A stretch of 64,000 bases of DNA from an uncultured Gammaproteobacteria bacterium (GCA_913065105.1 CAJXZZ010000001.1:15117-79116); one strand, 5' to 3'; shown: positions 16,276 through 27,139, numbered from the stretch's first letter. The notes: generated by a model from the letters alone, not told the origin. Program-made: numbers and translations.

Positions 16276-18699
16276 ATGATTTGGATCGGTATTATAATTA
16301 TTTTAGTTTCAGCTTATCTGCGTTTGCCACTACTGCTCTGGTCCCTGCTTCTTGGTGCAGGACTCGTCGGTTTTAATTTCTATACCGATGCTGCCATGGC
16401 ACAAAAAACCCTGTTATGGATTATTTATGCTGCTGTCATTATCCCGCTAAACGTTAAACCCCTACGTCGTAACTTTTTCAGCCGTATTATTTATGCAGCG
16501 ATGAAAAAAATCATGCCGACGATTTCACAAACCGAGCAGGAAGCACTGGATGCCGGTGATGTGTGGTGGGAAGCAGAACTGTTTAGCGGCAAACCCGATT
16601 TTAAATTTATTAAAAAACTGCCTAAACCCGAACTGACAGAAGAAGAACAGGCTTTTCTAGATGGTCCGGTTGAAGAATTCTGCAAGATGCTTGATGACTG
16701 GCAGATAACACATATTGATTATGACCTGACGCCCGAAGCCTGGCAGTTTGCCAAAGACAACGGTTTTTTCTCGCTGATCATTCCCAAACAATATGGCGGC
16801 CTGGATTACTCTGCTTACTGCCACTCTCAGGTAGTGATGAAAATCGGCAGTCGCAGCGGTTCAGCGGGTGTTACGATAATGGTGCCTAACTCTCTTGGTC
16901 CCGGCAAGCTGTTGATGACTTACGGTACGGAAGAGCAAAAAGATTATTATCTGCCACGACTGGCTAAGGGCATCGATATCCCCTGTTTTGGTTTGACGGG
17001 TCCAGACGCTGGTAGTGATGCCGGTGCCATGCCTGATACGGGTGTTGTCTGTCATGGCGAATACGAAGGTAAAGATAATGTTCTAGGGGTTCGCCTTAAC
17101 TTTGCGAAACGATATATCACGTTAGCACCGGTGGCTACCATTCTTGGTATTGCCTTCAAGCTTTCTGACCCTGAGCATCTGCTAAGTGATGAAGTAGAAC
17201 GCGGTATCACCCTGGCGCTGATCAAACGTGAGACGGAAGGTATAGAGATCGGCGATCGCCACTTCCCTGCCAATCATGCTTTTATGAACGGCCCTGTTCG
17301 CGGCAAAGATGTTTTTATTCCGATCGAATCCATCATCGGCGGTGTTGATTATGTAGGTAAAGGCTGGTCGATGTTAATGGAGTGTCTCGGTGATGGCCGT
17401 GCTATTTCACTGCCTGCGCTAGGTACAGCTGCAGGTAAGATGGGTTCTAAATATACCGGCGCATATGCCCGTATTCGCCAGCAGTTTCATACACCGATCG
17501 GTCATTTCGAGGGTGTCGAAGAAGCGCTGACTGAAATTGCGGGACAAGCTTATGTGATGGACGCTTCACGTTCTTTAGTTGCGGTAGCGCTAGACGCCGG
17601 TGCTGTACCTTCAGTGATTTCTGCCATTGTTAAGTTGCAGGTGATGGAACGTATGCGTGAGGTGATCAATCATGCCATGGATGTCCATGGTGGCCACGGC
17701 ATCTGCATGGGCCCACTCAATCATCTGGGCCGTGCATATCAACTCATTCCTGTTGGCATTACTGTTGAAGGCGCAAATATTTTGACCCGTACTATGATTA
17801 TTTTCGGTCAGGGCGCGATGCGTAGCCATCCTTTTTTATTAAAAGAAGTACAGGCCGTACATAACGAAAATCAGAAACAGGGTCTTAAAGATTTTGATAA
17901 TGCGTTCTTTTCGCACATGGGTTTTATTATAAGTAATGTGGTTCGCTCATTCTGGTTTGGTCTGAGTTATGCAAAGTTTGTTATTACGCCCGGTGATCGA
18001 GATACCCGACATTATTATCAGCAGCTGGTAAAAATGAGCTCGGCTTTTGCGTTGATGGCTGATATCTGTGTAGGTGTGTTAGGTGGTTCTTTAAAACGAC
18101 GCGAAAAAATTTCCGGTCGACTGGCAGACGCACTATCAAACTTGTATGTAATGACTGCCGTATTGAAGCATTATGAAAATCAGGGTAGCCACAAGGAAGA
18201 TATGGCCCTGGTTAAATGGGCCTGTGAAGACTCGTTGTACAACATTCAAACTGCGCTGAAAAATATCATGAGGAACTTGCCGGTACCTTTTATCGGTAGC
18301 CTGTGTAACTTTATAATTTTCCCATTAACTAAACCTTACCACCGCCCTAATGACAAGTTAGGTCATCAAGTTGCCAGCCTGACATTAACACCCAGCGAAA
18401 CTCTGGATCGTTTGAGTGACGGTGTGTTTGATAGCGACGATAAAAATAATTCAACTGGCCGTTTAATGCATGCATTAAATCTGGTTCTTAAAACGGATGA
18501 GCTACAACATAAATTACGTGATGCATTTAAACAAGGCCGCATAAGCAGTCGTGAACGTGATGTTTACGAAGAAGCAAAAGATAAAAAAATAATTACCGAC
18601 AATGAATACAAACTATTAATCGAAACCGATGAAGCAATTCAAAACGCGATCAAGGTTGACGAGTTTTCATTTAGCGGCTGGGAAATAAAAACACCGTAG
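16276..18699 (+). CDS. fadE: Acyl-CoA dehydrogenase (long, membrane-anchored FadE type)
   Basis: N-terminal TM; IS.TE.EAL.AG.VWW, MVPNSLGP, PCFGLT.P.AGSDA, KRYITLAP, ITVEGANILTR, GQGA.R.HP. Confidence 0.93.
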   Translation: MIWIGIIIILVSAYLRLPLLLWSLLLGAGLVGFNFYTDAAMAQKTLLWIIYAAVIIPLNVKPLRRNFFSRIIYAAMKKIMPTISQTEQEALDAGDVWWEAELFSGKPDFKFIKKLPKPELTEEEQAFLDGPVEEFCKMLDDWQITHIDYDLTPEAWQFAKDNGFFSLIIPKQYGGLDYSAYCHSQVVMKIGSRSGSAGVTIMVPNSLGPGKLLMTYGTEEQKDYYLPRLAKGIDIPCFGLTGPDAGSDAGAMPDTGVVCHGEYEGKDNVLGVRLNFAKRYITLAPVATILGIAFKLSDPEHLLSDEVERGITLALIKRETEGIEIGDRHFPANHAFMNGPVRGKDVFIPIESIIGGVDYVGKGWSMLMECLGDGRAISLPALGTAAGKMGSKYTGAYARIRQQFHTPIGHFEGVEEALTEIAGQAYVMDASRSLVAVALDAGAVPSVISAIVKLQVMERMREVINHAMDVHGGHGICMGPLNHLGRAYQLIPVGITVEGANILTRTMIIFGQGAMRSHPFLLKEVQAVHNENQKQGLKDFDNAFFSHMGFIISNVVRSFWFGLSYAKFVITPGDRDTRHYYQQLVKMSSAFALMADICVGVLGGSLKRREKISGRLADALSNLYVMTAVLKHYENQGSHKEDMALVKWACEDSLYNIQTALKNIMRNLPVPFIGSLCNFIIFPLTKPYHRPNDKLGHQVASLTLTPSETLDRLSDGVFDSDDKNNSTGRLMHALNLVLKTDELQHKLRDAFKQGRISSRERDVYEEAKDKKIITDNEYKLLIETDEAIQNAIKVDEFSFSGWEIKTP

Positions 18700-18748
18700 C
18701 CAACACCTCGCAATGACGGAAAGAGTTTAATTTAAAGAGAGAGTTCTT

Positions 18749-20065
18749 ATGAGTAACGAATCTGGACGTAAAGTTTATATAGTCGACGGTAGCCGGACCC
18801 CGCAGCTCAAGTCACGCGGCAAAGTCGGTCCGTTTTCAGCGGGTGACCTGGCAGTCGCTGCGGCTAAACCGTTATTACTACGTCATAACTTTCCACTTGA
18901 GGCTATAGATGAAGTTATCCTTGGCTGTATGATGCCAGGTGAACGTGAAGCCAATGTCGGCCGTGTTGTTGCTTTACGGCTTGGCATTCCCCAGAGCGTG
19001 CCAGCGTGGACTGTACAGCGAAACTGCGCATCTGGTATGCAGTCTGTTGATTCCGCTTTTAAAAATATACGAAACGGTGACGCCGATTTAATATTAGCCG
19101 GTGGTGTCGAATCGATGAGCCGTGCGCCAGTGCTGTTTAACCATACGATGGTTAACTGGTTAGGCGATTTTATGCGTGCACGCTCCCTGGGGCAGAAATT
19201 AAAAACGATTTCTCAGTTACGCGCTAAACATTTCACCCCGGTAATCTCCCTGATTCATGGTTTGACAGACGATACCGTCGGCTTAAACATGGGTGAGACG
19301 GCTGAGATCATCGCAGAAAAATTTGGTATTACACGACAGCAAATGGATGAATATGCGATGAACAGTCATCATCGCCTGTCAAAAGCACATGATGCCGGTT
19401 ACCTGGATGAAATCGAAGTTTTGTATGACGAAAAAGGAAACTTTTACGATCATGATGATGGTGTACGTGCAGACTCCTCTGTAGAGAGCCTGTCTAAATT
19501 ACGTCCCGCTTTCGATAAAAAATATGGCAAGGTTACTGCCGGTAATAGCGCACAGATTACTGATGGCGCTTCATGGTTGTTACTCGCCAGTGAGGATGCG
19601 GTTAAAAAATACGATTTACCTGTGATGGCATCAATCACCGATACACAATGGGCAGGTCTGGATCCTGCAGTGATGGGTATGGGCCCGGTGCACGCTATGA
19701 CACCCATCATGCAGCGTCATCAGCTTTCCATTGATGATATCGATTACTGGGAAATTAATGAAGCTTTCGCAACACAGGTATTGGGTTGTGTTCAAGCCTG
19801 GCAACAGGATGGCTACTGTCAGGATAATCTACATCTTGATAAAGCCATGGGAGAAATCCCTTACGAAAAATTAAATATTGATGGTGGTGGTGTCAGTTTA
19901 GGTCATCCGGTGGGTGCAAGCGGAGCGCGTATTATTTTACATCTGTGCAAAATATTACAGCGTACCAATGGCAAACAAGGTATGGCGAGTTTATGTATAG
20001 GCGGCGGTCAAGGTGGCGCTGTACTTCTGCAAAATGAATCAACAACAAATACTGAGGCAGCCTGA
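18749..20065 (+). CDS. Acetyl-CoA C-acyltransferase (thiolase), FadI-like
   Basis: G.RTP, NCASGM, GGVESMS, EINEAFA, GHPVGASG, CIGGGQG. Confidence 0.93.
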   Translation: MSNESGRKVYIVDGSRTPQLKSRGKVGPFSAGDLAVAAAKPLLLRHNFPLEAIDEVILGCMMPGEREANVGRVVALRLGIPQSVPAWTVQRNCASGMQSVDSAFKNIRNGDADLILAGGVESMSRAPVLFNHTMVNWLGDFMRARSLGQKLKTISQLRAKHFTPVISLIHGLTDDTVGLNMGETAEIIAEKFGITRQQMDEYAMNSHHRLSKAHDAGYLDEIEVLYDEKGNFYDHDDGVRADSSVESLSKLRPAFDKKYGKVTAGNSAQITDGASWLLLASEDAVKKYDLPVMASITDTQWAGLDPAVMGMGPVHAMTPIMQRHQLSIDDIDYWEINEAFATQVLGCVQAWQQDGYCQDNLHLDKAMGEIPYEKLNIDGGGVSLGHPVGASGARIILHLCKILQRTNGKQGMASLCIGGGQGGAVLLQNESTTNTEAA

Positions 20066-22083
20066 TGTCGGAAAATAATTGGACAATTGAGCACGACGAT
20101 AACAATATTGCCTGGGTGCATTTTGATTCACCTGGTGCATCAGCAAATTTATTGTCGCAGGTGGCAATCAAGGAGCTTGATAATATTATTAAAGACTTCG
20201 AGCAAAACCTTCCCCGCGCTCTAGTTATTCTTTCTGATAAGAAAGATAGTTTTATCTTCGGTGCTGATATAAAAGAATTTACCGCCTTAGAAAATAAAGA
20301 ACAGGCTCTGGCATTTATGCATAACGGACATGACTTGATGAATCGACTGGAGGCGCTATCCTGTCCGACCGTTAGTATGATCCATGGTCTTTGTTTCGGC
20401 GGTGGTACGGAATTGTCTTTAGCCTGTAATCATATCGTTGCCTCCGATGACAAAAAAACAAAGATTGGTTTGCCGGAAATTAAATTAGGTATTCATCCCG
20501 GTTATGGTGGCACAGCAAGATCGATCGAACGTTGTGGTCCACTGGCGGCGATGAATATTATGCTCACCGGTCGTGCATTGACTGCTCGTTCAGCAAAAAA
20601 AATAAATCTTATCGATGAAATGGTGCCTGTTAGACAGCTAAAAGCGGCGGCGGAATACTTTGCCTTGAATGCGCCTAAACGCAAACAACTACCATTTCTT
20701 ACCCGCATCACTAACAGTTCACTGTTGCGTCCGTTAATCGCAGCACAGATGCGTAAACAGGTTGCGACAAAAGCCAAAGCAGAACATTACCCTGCACCCT
20801 ACTCGTTAATTGATCTGTGGAAAAAATATGCCGGTAATAAAAAATTAATGCTAGAAAAAGAAGCTATGGCAGTTGCCGATTTAGCAACGACTGATACCGC
20901 AAGAAATCTGGTGCGTGTTTTTTTCCTTCAGGAAAATTTAAAAAGTCAGGGAAAACAAACCGATTTTGACGTTAAACATGTACATGTTATCGGCGGCGGT
21001 CTTATGGGTGGAGATATCGCTTCGTGGTGTGCTATTCAAGGTTATTCTGTAACCGTACAGGACCAATCACCACAGGCGCTGGCACAGACCATTAAACGTG
21101 CCCAGTATTCGTTTAACAAAAAGTTCAAACGCGACCGACGCGCTATCCGCGATGCTAATGACCGACTGATGGCTGACCATCGAGGTGCGGGTATACCGCG
21201 CGCTGATATTATTATCGAAGCCATCTTTGAAGATAAGGACGTCAAACGTACCTTATACGAATCGATCGAACCACGAATGAAAGAGAGCGCCATACTGGCT
21301 ACTAATACTTCCAGTATCAAACTCGAAGATTTGTCTTCCTGCCTGAAAAATCCCGGCCGTCTGGTAGGCTTACATTTCTTCAATCCGGTTGCGTTAATGC
21401 CGCTGGTTGAAATCATCCGTGGCAATGAAACAGATGAAACAGTAGTACAGCAGGCGTTAGCGTTTGGTAAAAATATCGGCAAGTTACCTTTAGCGGTAAA
21501 AAGTTCGCCCGGTTTTCTGGTTAACCGGATATTGATGCCTTATATCCTGGAAGCTGTGACCATGGTTGATGAAGGTATACCAGCAGAAGTCATCGATAAA
21601 GCCGCTACTGATTATGGCATGCCGATGGGCCCTATCGAACTCGCTGACACTGTGGGTCTGGATATCTGTAAATCCGTGGCTAATATCCTGTCAGAAGCAT
21701 TAGGCATGCCGTTACCTGATAACTTAAAACAACTCTCAGATAAAAAACTGGGCAAAAAAACCGGTGAAGGTTTTTATCAATACAAAGGAAATAAACCGGT
21801 TAAAAACAAAAGAGCCTCATATTCAGATCCTCAGGAAGTACAGGACAGACTGGTGATGCGTCTGCTTAATGAAGCAACCGCCTGTCTACGTGAAGGTATT
21901 GTTGAAGACAAAGATTTAATTGATGCTGGCGTGATATTTGGCACTGGTTTTGCCCCTTTCCGTGGTGGCCCACTGGAATATATCAGAAGCTGTGGTATTG
22001 ATAAGTTAAGTCAGAATATGGCATCACTACAGGCTAAATTTGGTGTGCGCTTTGAGAGAGATGGTGGCTGGGACGAGTTATAA
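20065..22083 (+). CDS. Enoyl-CoA hydratase / 3-hydroxyacyl-CoA dehydrogenase (FadJ/FadB-like)
   Basis: GADIKEF, GGGTEL, GLPEIKLG, G.GLMG, TNTSS, GLHFFNPV, PGFLVNR; translationally coupled to the thiolase. Confidence 0.93.
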   Translation: MSENNWTIEHDDNNIAWVHFDSPGASANLLSQVAIKELDNIIKDFEQNLPRALVILSDKKDSFIFGADIKEFTALENKEQALAFMHNGHDLMNRLEALSCPTVSMIHGLCFGGGTELSLACNHIVASDDKKTKIGLPEIKLGIHPGYGGTARSIERCGPLAAMNIMLTGRALTARSAKKINLIDEMVPVRQLKAAAEYFALNAPKRKQLPFLTRITNSSLLRPLIAAQMRKQVATKAKAEHYPAPYSLIDLWKKYAGNKKLMLEKEAMAVADLATTDTARNLVRVFFLQENLKSQGKQTDFDVKHVHVIGGGLMGGDIASWCAIQGYSVTVQDQSPQALAQTIKRAQYSFNKKFKRDRRAIRDANDRLMADHRGAGIPRADIIIEAIFEDKDVKRTLYESIEPRMKESAILATNTSSIKLEDLSSCLKNPGRLVGLHFFNPVALMPLVEIIRGNETDETVVQQALAFGKNIGKLPLAVKSSPGFLVNRILMPYILEAVTMVDEGIPAEVIDKAATDYGMPMGPIELADTVGLDICKSVANILSEALGMPLPDNLKQLSDKKLGKKTGEGFYQYKGNKPVKNKRASYSDPQEVQDRLVMRLLNEATACLREGIVEDKDLIDAGVIFGTGFAPFRGGPLEYIRSCGIDKLSQNMASLQAKFGVRFERDGGWDEL

Positions 22084-22110
22084 GCTTTTTATTTCCGAAC
22101 GATAATATGG

Positions 22111-23226
22111 TTATAAAGTAGCATCCTCGTCTTCATCTGTATAAACAACTTTATTACGACCTAACTGCTTTGCACGATACATTCTATTATCTGCGTTCAT
22201 CAATGTTTCCTGTATGGTATTAAACTGTTTAAAGTTAGATATACCGATTGATACGGTTGCATGTAGCGCTGGTGCTATATCACTGAAATTATAGTTTTCT
22301 AAGCTTTCGCGTATACGCTCGGTAATCTTTATGGCGTTCTCAATATCTGTATTTACCAATAAACAAACAAATTCTTCACCACCAAAACGTGCGGCATAGT
22401 CAATTTCACGTATTGATGTGCTAAGAATTTGTGAAAATTTCTTTAACACGATATCACCAGTGTGATGGCCAAATGTGTCATTAATCTGTTTAAAATGATC
22501 CAGGTCGAAGTAACACACAACAAAATCTGAACCATCACGTTCAGATAAAGCTTTTTGTTGAGCCAGTTGATCCATGAAATATCGACGGTTATACAAACCC
22601 GTTAATTCATCTGTTGTTGCCAGTTTTTTATTCAGTTCATGTGCTTGCTGTAAAGCAACATATTGTTTTTTAGAACGATCTCTTAAACGATGAATCGATG
22701 AACCCGTGTATAACATAATAGAAGCTGAGCAGGTGAATGCTAGCAGTTGCAATAACTCAAGATTTATATTGATACGTTCAGGTTCGTAGATGAAAATGTA
22801 TAAAATAACTAAAAAATAACCTAATACAGCAGTCATAATAACAGACATAAATTCACGAAATTTTAGCTTGAAAAAACCAAAACTTAACATGCCAAAATAT
22901 GCCATCAGCATCAGGCCACGCCACTCATTCATTAAATAAGTGATAGTTAATAGATACAACGTTCCCCATAATAACTGACCTATAGTAAGGCTAGGGTCAC
23001 TAAACTTTTTATTTAAACCGCTACGAATAAGAAAAGTAAATACTAATACGCCTAGCCAGAAAAAAATAAGGATGCTCTCTAAGGTTTCTTTTTCTACTGA
23101 ATATAAATCGTAATAGTAGAAAAAAATCCCCACTAGTGTAAAAGCAAACAACGCTATCAGCGCAGAAAGATGCCTGAACATACGTAACGCCTGTTTAGGA
23201 TCAGCACTGAATAGAAAGTTATACAT
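22111..23226 (-). CDS. Membrane-bound diguanylate cyclase (GGDEF)
   Basis: TM region with F.DPSLT; DELTGLYNRR, DLDHFK, RxxD (REID), GGEEF. Confidence 0.93.
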   Translation of the reverse strand: MYNFLFSADPKQALRMFRHLSALIALFAFTLVGIFFYYYDLYSVEKETLESILIFFWLGVLVFTFLIRSGLNKKFSDPSLTIGQLLWGTLYLLTITYLMNEWRGLMLMAYFGMLSFGFFKLKFREFMSVIMTAVLGYFLVILYIFIYEPERININLELLQLLAFTCSASIMLYTGSSIHRLRDRSKKQYVALQQAHELNKKLATTDELTGLYNRRYFMDQLAQQKALSERDGSDFVVCYFDLDHFKQINDTFGHHTGDIVLKKFSQILSTSIREIDYAARFGGEEFVCLLVNTDIENAIKITERIRESLENYNFSDIAPALHATVSIGISNFKQFNTIQETLMNADNRMYRAKQLGRNKVVYTDEDEDATL

Positions 23227-23234
23227 AGCTGTTA

Positions 23235-24023
23235 TTATGTCTGTTGAGCAGTAGCTAAATTAAATAACTGGTAAAAGTTATTGCGTGTTACTTCTGCAAT
23301 ATGTTCCACACTGGTATCTCTGAGGTCTGCCAGAGTCTTAGCAACATATTTTACATATGCGGGCTGATTTTGTTTGCCACGATATGGCATCGGTGCAAGA
23401 TACGGTGAATCTGTTTCAATTAATAAGTGATCATCCGGAATCGTTTTTACTATCTCACGTAAAGCATCAGCATTTCTAAAAGTCACGATGCCCGAAATCG
23501 ATATCATTAATCCCATCTCAATCGCCTGATCGGCAAATGCCTGTGTCTCGGTAAAGCAATGAATGACGCCACCACATTGTTCGGCATTTTCCTGGTGTAA
23601 TATTTTTAGGGTATCGTCACCGGCATCACGAGTATGAATAATAACAGGCTTATTGAGTTGATTGGCCACCTGTATGTGTGCGCGAAATCTTTCCTGCTGC
23701 CACTGTGGATCACCCTTATGGTAATAATAATCCAGACCGGTCTCACCGATCGCCACGACTTTGTCATCACTAGCGAGTTCGGTTAGATATTCGATTGAGA
23801 AATCATCAGTTTCGTCTGCCATTGGGTGCATGCCGGCAGAAACTGAGATAGTGGGATAGTTGCGTACCTTTTTCAGCATCTGAGGGTACTTTTCCAGATT
23901 GATAGAGACGCATAACATGTGCTCTACACCCGCGTCATGCGTTTGCTGTATCAGGGCATCAAAGTTGTTATCAAAATCAGATAAATCTATACAATCGAGA
24001 TGACAATGTGAATCAACCAGCAC
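23235..24023 (-). CDS. TatD-family hydrolase (YcfH-like)
   Basis: DSHCHLD, IGETGLDY, IIHTRDA, HCFTE, ETDSPYLAP; holB-pilZ-tatD synteny. Confidence 0.94.
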   Translation of the reverse strand: MLVDSHCHLDCIDLSDFDNNFDALIQQTHDAGVEHMLCVSINLEKYPQMLKKVRNYPTISVSAGMHPMADETDDFSIEYLTELASDDKVVAIGETGLDYYYHKGDPQWQQERFRAHIQVANQLNKPVIIHTRDAGDDTLKILHQENAEQCGGVIHCFTETQAFADQAIEMGLMISISGIVTFRNADALREIVKTIPDDHLLIETDSPYLAPMPYRGKQNQPAYVKYVAKTLADLRDTSVEHIAEVTRNNFYQLFNLATAQQT

Positions 24024-24046
24024 TAAAGCTTCCTTATACTCATTGA

Positions 24047-24409
24047 TTACATCGTGTGTGTAATACGATCAGAATTTAATGAGCCCGCTAAGTGTGTTTC
24101 TATTTTACCGCGTGTCGCACCTTTGTCCTGTGGTGAAAACTGTACTCCTACTCCATTTGCGCGGTTACCCTGGGCACCTTTTGGCGTCATCCAGATTATT
24201 TTACCGGCAACTGGTAAACGCTCACTATCATCCATTAACGATAACAACATGAATACCTCATCACCCAGTGCATATGTTTTGTTGGTTGGAATAAATAGTC
24301 CACCGTTTTTAACAAAAGGCATAAAGGCTGCATATAACGATGCTTTGTCCTTAATGCTTAGAGATAACATGCCCGGACGTGCTGCTGGAGTACTCATAAT
24401 TCTATCCAC
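24047..24409 (-). CDS. pilZ: Type IV pilus assembly protein PilZ (start may be ATG at 24397)
   Basis: LSLSIKDK..LY.A.MPFVKNGGLFIPT, LGDEVF.LL, GVQFS, THTM end; downstream of holB. Confidence 0.92.
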   Translation of the reverse strand: MDRIMSTPAARPGMLSLSIKDKASLYAAFMPFVKNGGLFIPTNKTYALGDEVFMLLSLMDDSERLPVAGKIIWMTPKGAQGNRANGVGVQFSPQDKGATRGKIETHLAGSLNSDRITHTM

Positions 24410-24415
24410 TTTCTG

Positions 24416-25411
24416 TTATAAGTTGTCCCACGATAATAGCAGATTTTCCCATAATAACTGTTCATTGACCGCTATTGAGCTGTGTAACAAATTGAAATTT
24501 ATCTGGTCATGAAATCGGAATACTCTCTGTTGATCTACCTTTTTAGCTATCGCCTGTAATTTAATACGGTGTAATTCATTGCTGATAGTAGCGTCCGGTC
24601 CACAACTGAGTAATCTAGTTAAATCCGATGCCCAGCCCAACATGCTTTCTAGCGTCTGAATTTTGGCAAATTTTGCCAGTTTTGCTGCATAATCTAGCGT
24701 ATTTTTACCTGAGACAGCTGCCGTCATGGCTTCAGCCAGTATTTGATGACGCTCCTCTTCCTGCAGATGGATTAAAGCTGCCAATGGCGAGCCATGTGCG
24801 TGTTTCAATGCTTGTTGTAATTGATTTACCGACGTCTGTTCGTCTTGCTGACTGGTCTGCAACCAGTCTAATGCCTGTTTTTCATCCGGTTCAGTAAAAC
24901 GCAATACCTGACAACGACTGCGTATGGTAACCGGTAACCTGTGTGGTCGTGATGTTGTCAATAGAATAAGGACATCCTGTCCAGGCTCTTCCAGTGTCTT
25001 TAACAGGCTGTTTGCTGCAGATATGGTTAACAGTTCGGCCTGATCGATAATGGCGACACGATAACCGCCGTACTGACTAGTCTGGTTTAATTTGTTACAC
25101 AACACGCGAATATCATCAATTCGAATACTCAGTACCGGGTTTTTACTTTTTGAGGTTGGCGGTGCAGCTGGTTTTAGATGATACAGATCCGGATGAGTGT
25201 CGGCGAATAGTAGCTGGCATGATTTACACAGACCACAAGCCTTAAAATCGGCAGCGGGTTGTTGACATAACACCGCATGCGCCATCGAACTAGCAAAGTC
25301 GGTTTTTCCCAAACCCTGATTTCCCAGTAGCAACATAGCATGCGGTAAACGCTCAACTTTGATCAGCTGACTTATCTGCAGCCATTGTGTTTGTTGCCAG
25401 GGATAGATCAT
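24416..25411 (-). CDS. holB: DNA polymerase III subunit delta'
   Basis: YPWQ, HAMLL.G..GLGK, C...CG.C.SC, HPD, ANSLLKTLEEP, TIRSRC. Confidence 0.95.
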   Translation of the reverse strand: MIYPWQQTQWLQISQLIKVERLPHAMLLLGNQGLGKTDFASSMAHAVLCQQPAADFKACGLCKSCQLLFADTHPDLYHLKPAAPPTSKSKNPVLSIRIDDIRVLCNKLNQTSQYGGYRVAIIDQAELLTISAANSLLKTLEEPGQDVLILLTTSRPHRLPVTIRSRCQVLRFTEPDEKQALDWLQTSQQDEQTSVNQLQQALKHAHGSPLAALIHLQEEERHQILAEAMTAAVSGKNTLDYAAKLAKFAKIQTLESMLGWASDLTRLLSCGPDATISNELHRIKLQAIAKKVDQQRVFRFHDQINFNLLHSSIAVNEQLLWENLLLSWDNL

Positions 25412-25448
25412 ATAAAAATATTACAGCACAATTTGCTCAGCTACCAGT

Positions 25449-26081
25449 CTAAATGACATGATCCAGAATGTTATATTCCTGTAATTTTTCTCGTATCTGC
25501 AGTTGTACCGCTGTTAATTCTACTGAGGCATCAACTAAACAGATACGATGTGGATAATGGTTGGCCAATTCGATATAAGCTTTGCGCACCCGTTGAAAAA
25601 AATCATCATGTTCTTTTTCGATACGATCGGGTTCACTTCTACGGCCGGCGCGCGCGCGTCCAACTTCTACCGGGGCATCCAGTATGATGGTCAAATCCGG
25701 GCGCAGATCGCCCTGCACCCATTCTTCAAGCTCAGTAATCTTATCTACATCGAGCTGACGACCGCCGCCCTGGTAAGCATAGGTGGCTTCTGTAAATCGA
25801 TCGCATAACACTGTCTGGTTGTCCGCTAGTGCGGGTAGGATGACCTTATTCAGGTGTTCTGCCCTTGCAGCGAACATCATCAACAATTCAGCGTCAGCGC
25901 TCATATTTTCATCTGAGTGGCTTAATAATAAAGCCCTTAACGCCTCGCCCAGGTTCGTGCCACCTGGCTCTCTGGTCACTACACAGGTGTGCCCTGATGA
26001 TTCGAGCAGTTCTTTTATAAAACGAAGGTTGCTGGTTTTACCAACACCTTCGATACCTTCTAAGGTGATAAATTTTCGCAT
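25449..26081 (-). CDS. tmk: Thymidylate kinase
   Basis: FITLEGIEGVGKT, TREPGGT, CDRF, YQGGGR, PDLT. Confidence 0.96.
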   Translation of the reverse strand: MRKFITLEGIEGVGKTSNLRFIKELLESSGHTCVVTREPGGTNLGEALRALLLSHSDENMSADAELLMMFAARAEHLNKVILPALADNQTVLCDRFTEATYAYQGGGRQLDVDKITELEEWVQGDLRPDLTIILDAPVEVGRARAGRRSEPDRIEKEHDDFFQRVRKAYIELANHYPHRICLVDASVELTAVQLQIREKLQEYNILDHVI

Positions 26082-26119
26082 TTTCGTTATTTTTTTCTGT
26101 TATGCACAGTGACAGATTT

Positions 26120-27139
26120 TTAGTGTTTTTTACGTTGATACTTATCAACGGCTTTTTCATGATCTTTTAAATTAGTAGAAAATACATGGCGACCAGACCC
26201 GTCGCCGTAAGCGACAAAATATAGATATTCGGTTTTATCAGGATGTAATGTTGCATGTATGGCCTCTCTGCCCGCTAATGCAATGGGCGTGGGGGGCAGA
26301 CCGTAACGTGTATAGGTATTATACGGGGTATCGTTACGTAAATCTTTGAAGCGGATATTGCCGTCATAGTTTTTTATGCCGTAGATAACGGTGGGGTCAG
26401 TCTGCAGACGCATTCTTGTACGCAGACGATTGACGAACAGGCCGGCGATCAATGGTCGCTCTGTAGCAACCGCGCTTTCTTTTTCAACGATGGACGCCAA
26501 AATCAATGCTTCATATGACGTTTTAAATGGCAGATTTTCTTCACGCTGTTGCCATTCTTCTTCGAGGATATCCTGCATTCTTTTATAAGCACGCGTAAGT
26601 AACTCAGTGTCTGTAATACCGCGTGAGATATGGTATGTGTCCGGATAAAAACGTCCTTCAGGATGTTCGCCCTCATGCCCCAGGATTTTCATTATTTCTT
26701 CATCAGATAATCCTGCTAATTCAAGCGTGATGTTTGGATCCTGCTGGACGACTTTTAATACCTGTCGAAAGGTAAATCCTTCGATCAAGGTGATGTTATG
26801 TTTGACGACATTACCGGCAACCATGTTATCGAGTAATTCAGCGAGTGACATTCCAGGGGAGATAATATATTCACCCGCCTGCAGCCGGGTTTCCTGTCTA
26901 TTTATTTTCCCCCAGATAAGGAAATAATTTTTCTGTTCAAGTAAATCTTTTTCAATTAACAGGTTTGCCAGCGTCCGAATCGACGAACCTCTGGAAAAAA
27001 TAATATTTTCTGATTGCGACAGCTTTAATTCCGAATGCATCTGAGAATAAATTTTTGCTGAGAAATAAAATACTATTACCAACAGGATACAGGCTATAGC
27101 TACTACTACAGGCAATGCTTTATTAAATGACTTGAACAT
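26120..27139 (-). CDS. mltG: Endolytic transglycosylase MltG
   Basis: EG.FYPDTY, LASIVEKE, NRL...MRLQTDPTVIYG, YNTY...GLPPTPI, YLYFVA. Confidence 0.95.
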   Translation of the reverse strand: MFKSFNKALPVVVAIACILLVIVFYFSAKIYSQMHSELKLSQSENIIFSRGSSIRTLANLLIEKDLLEQKNYFLIWGKINRQETRLQAGEYIISPGMSLAELLDNMVAGNVVKHNITLIEGFTFRQVLKVVQQDPNITLELAGLSDEEIMKILGHEGEHPEGRFYPDTYHISRGITDTELLTRAYKRMQDILEEEWQQREENLPFKTSYEALILASIVEKESAVATERPLIAGLFVNRLRTRMRLQTDPTVIYGIKNYDGNIRFKDLRNDTPYNTYTRYGLPPTPIALAGREAIHATLHPDKTEYLYFVAYGDGSGRHVFSTNLKDHEKAVDKYQRKKH

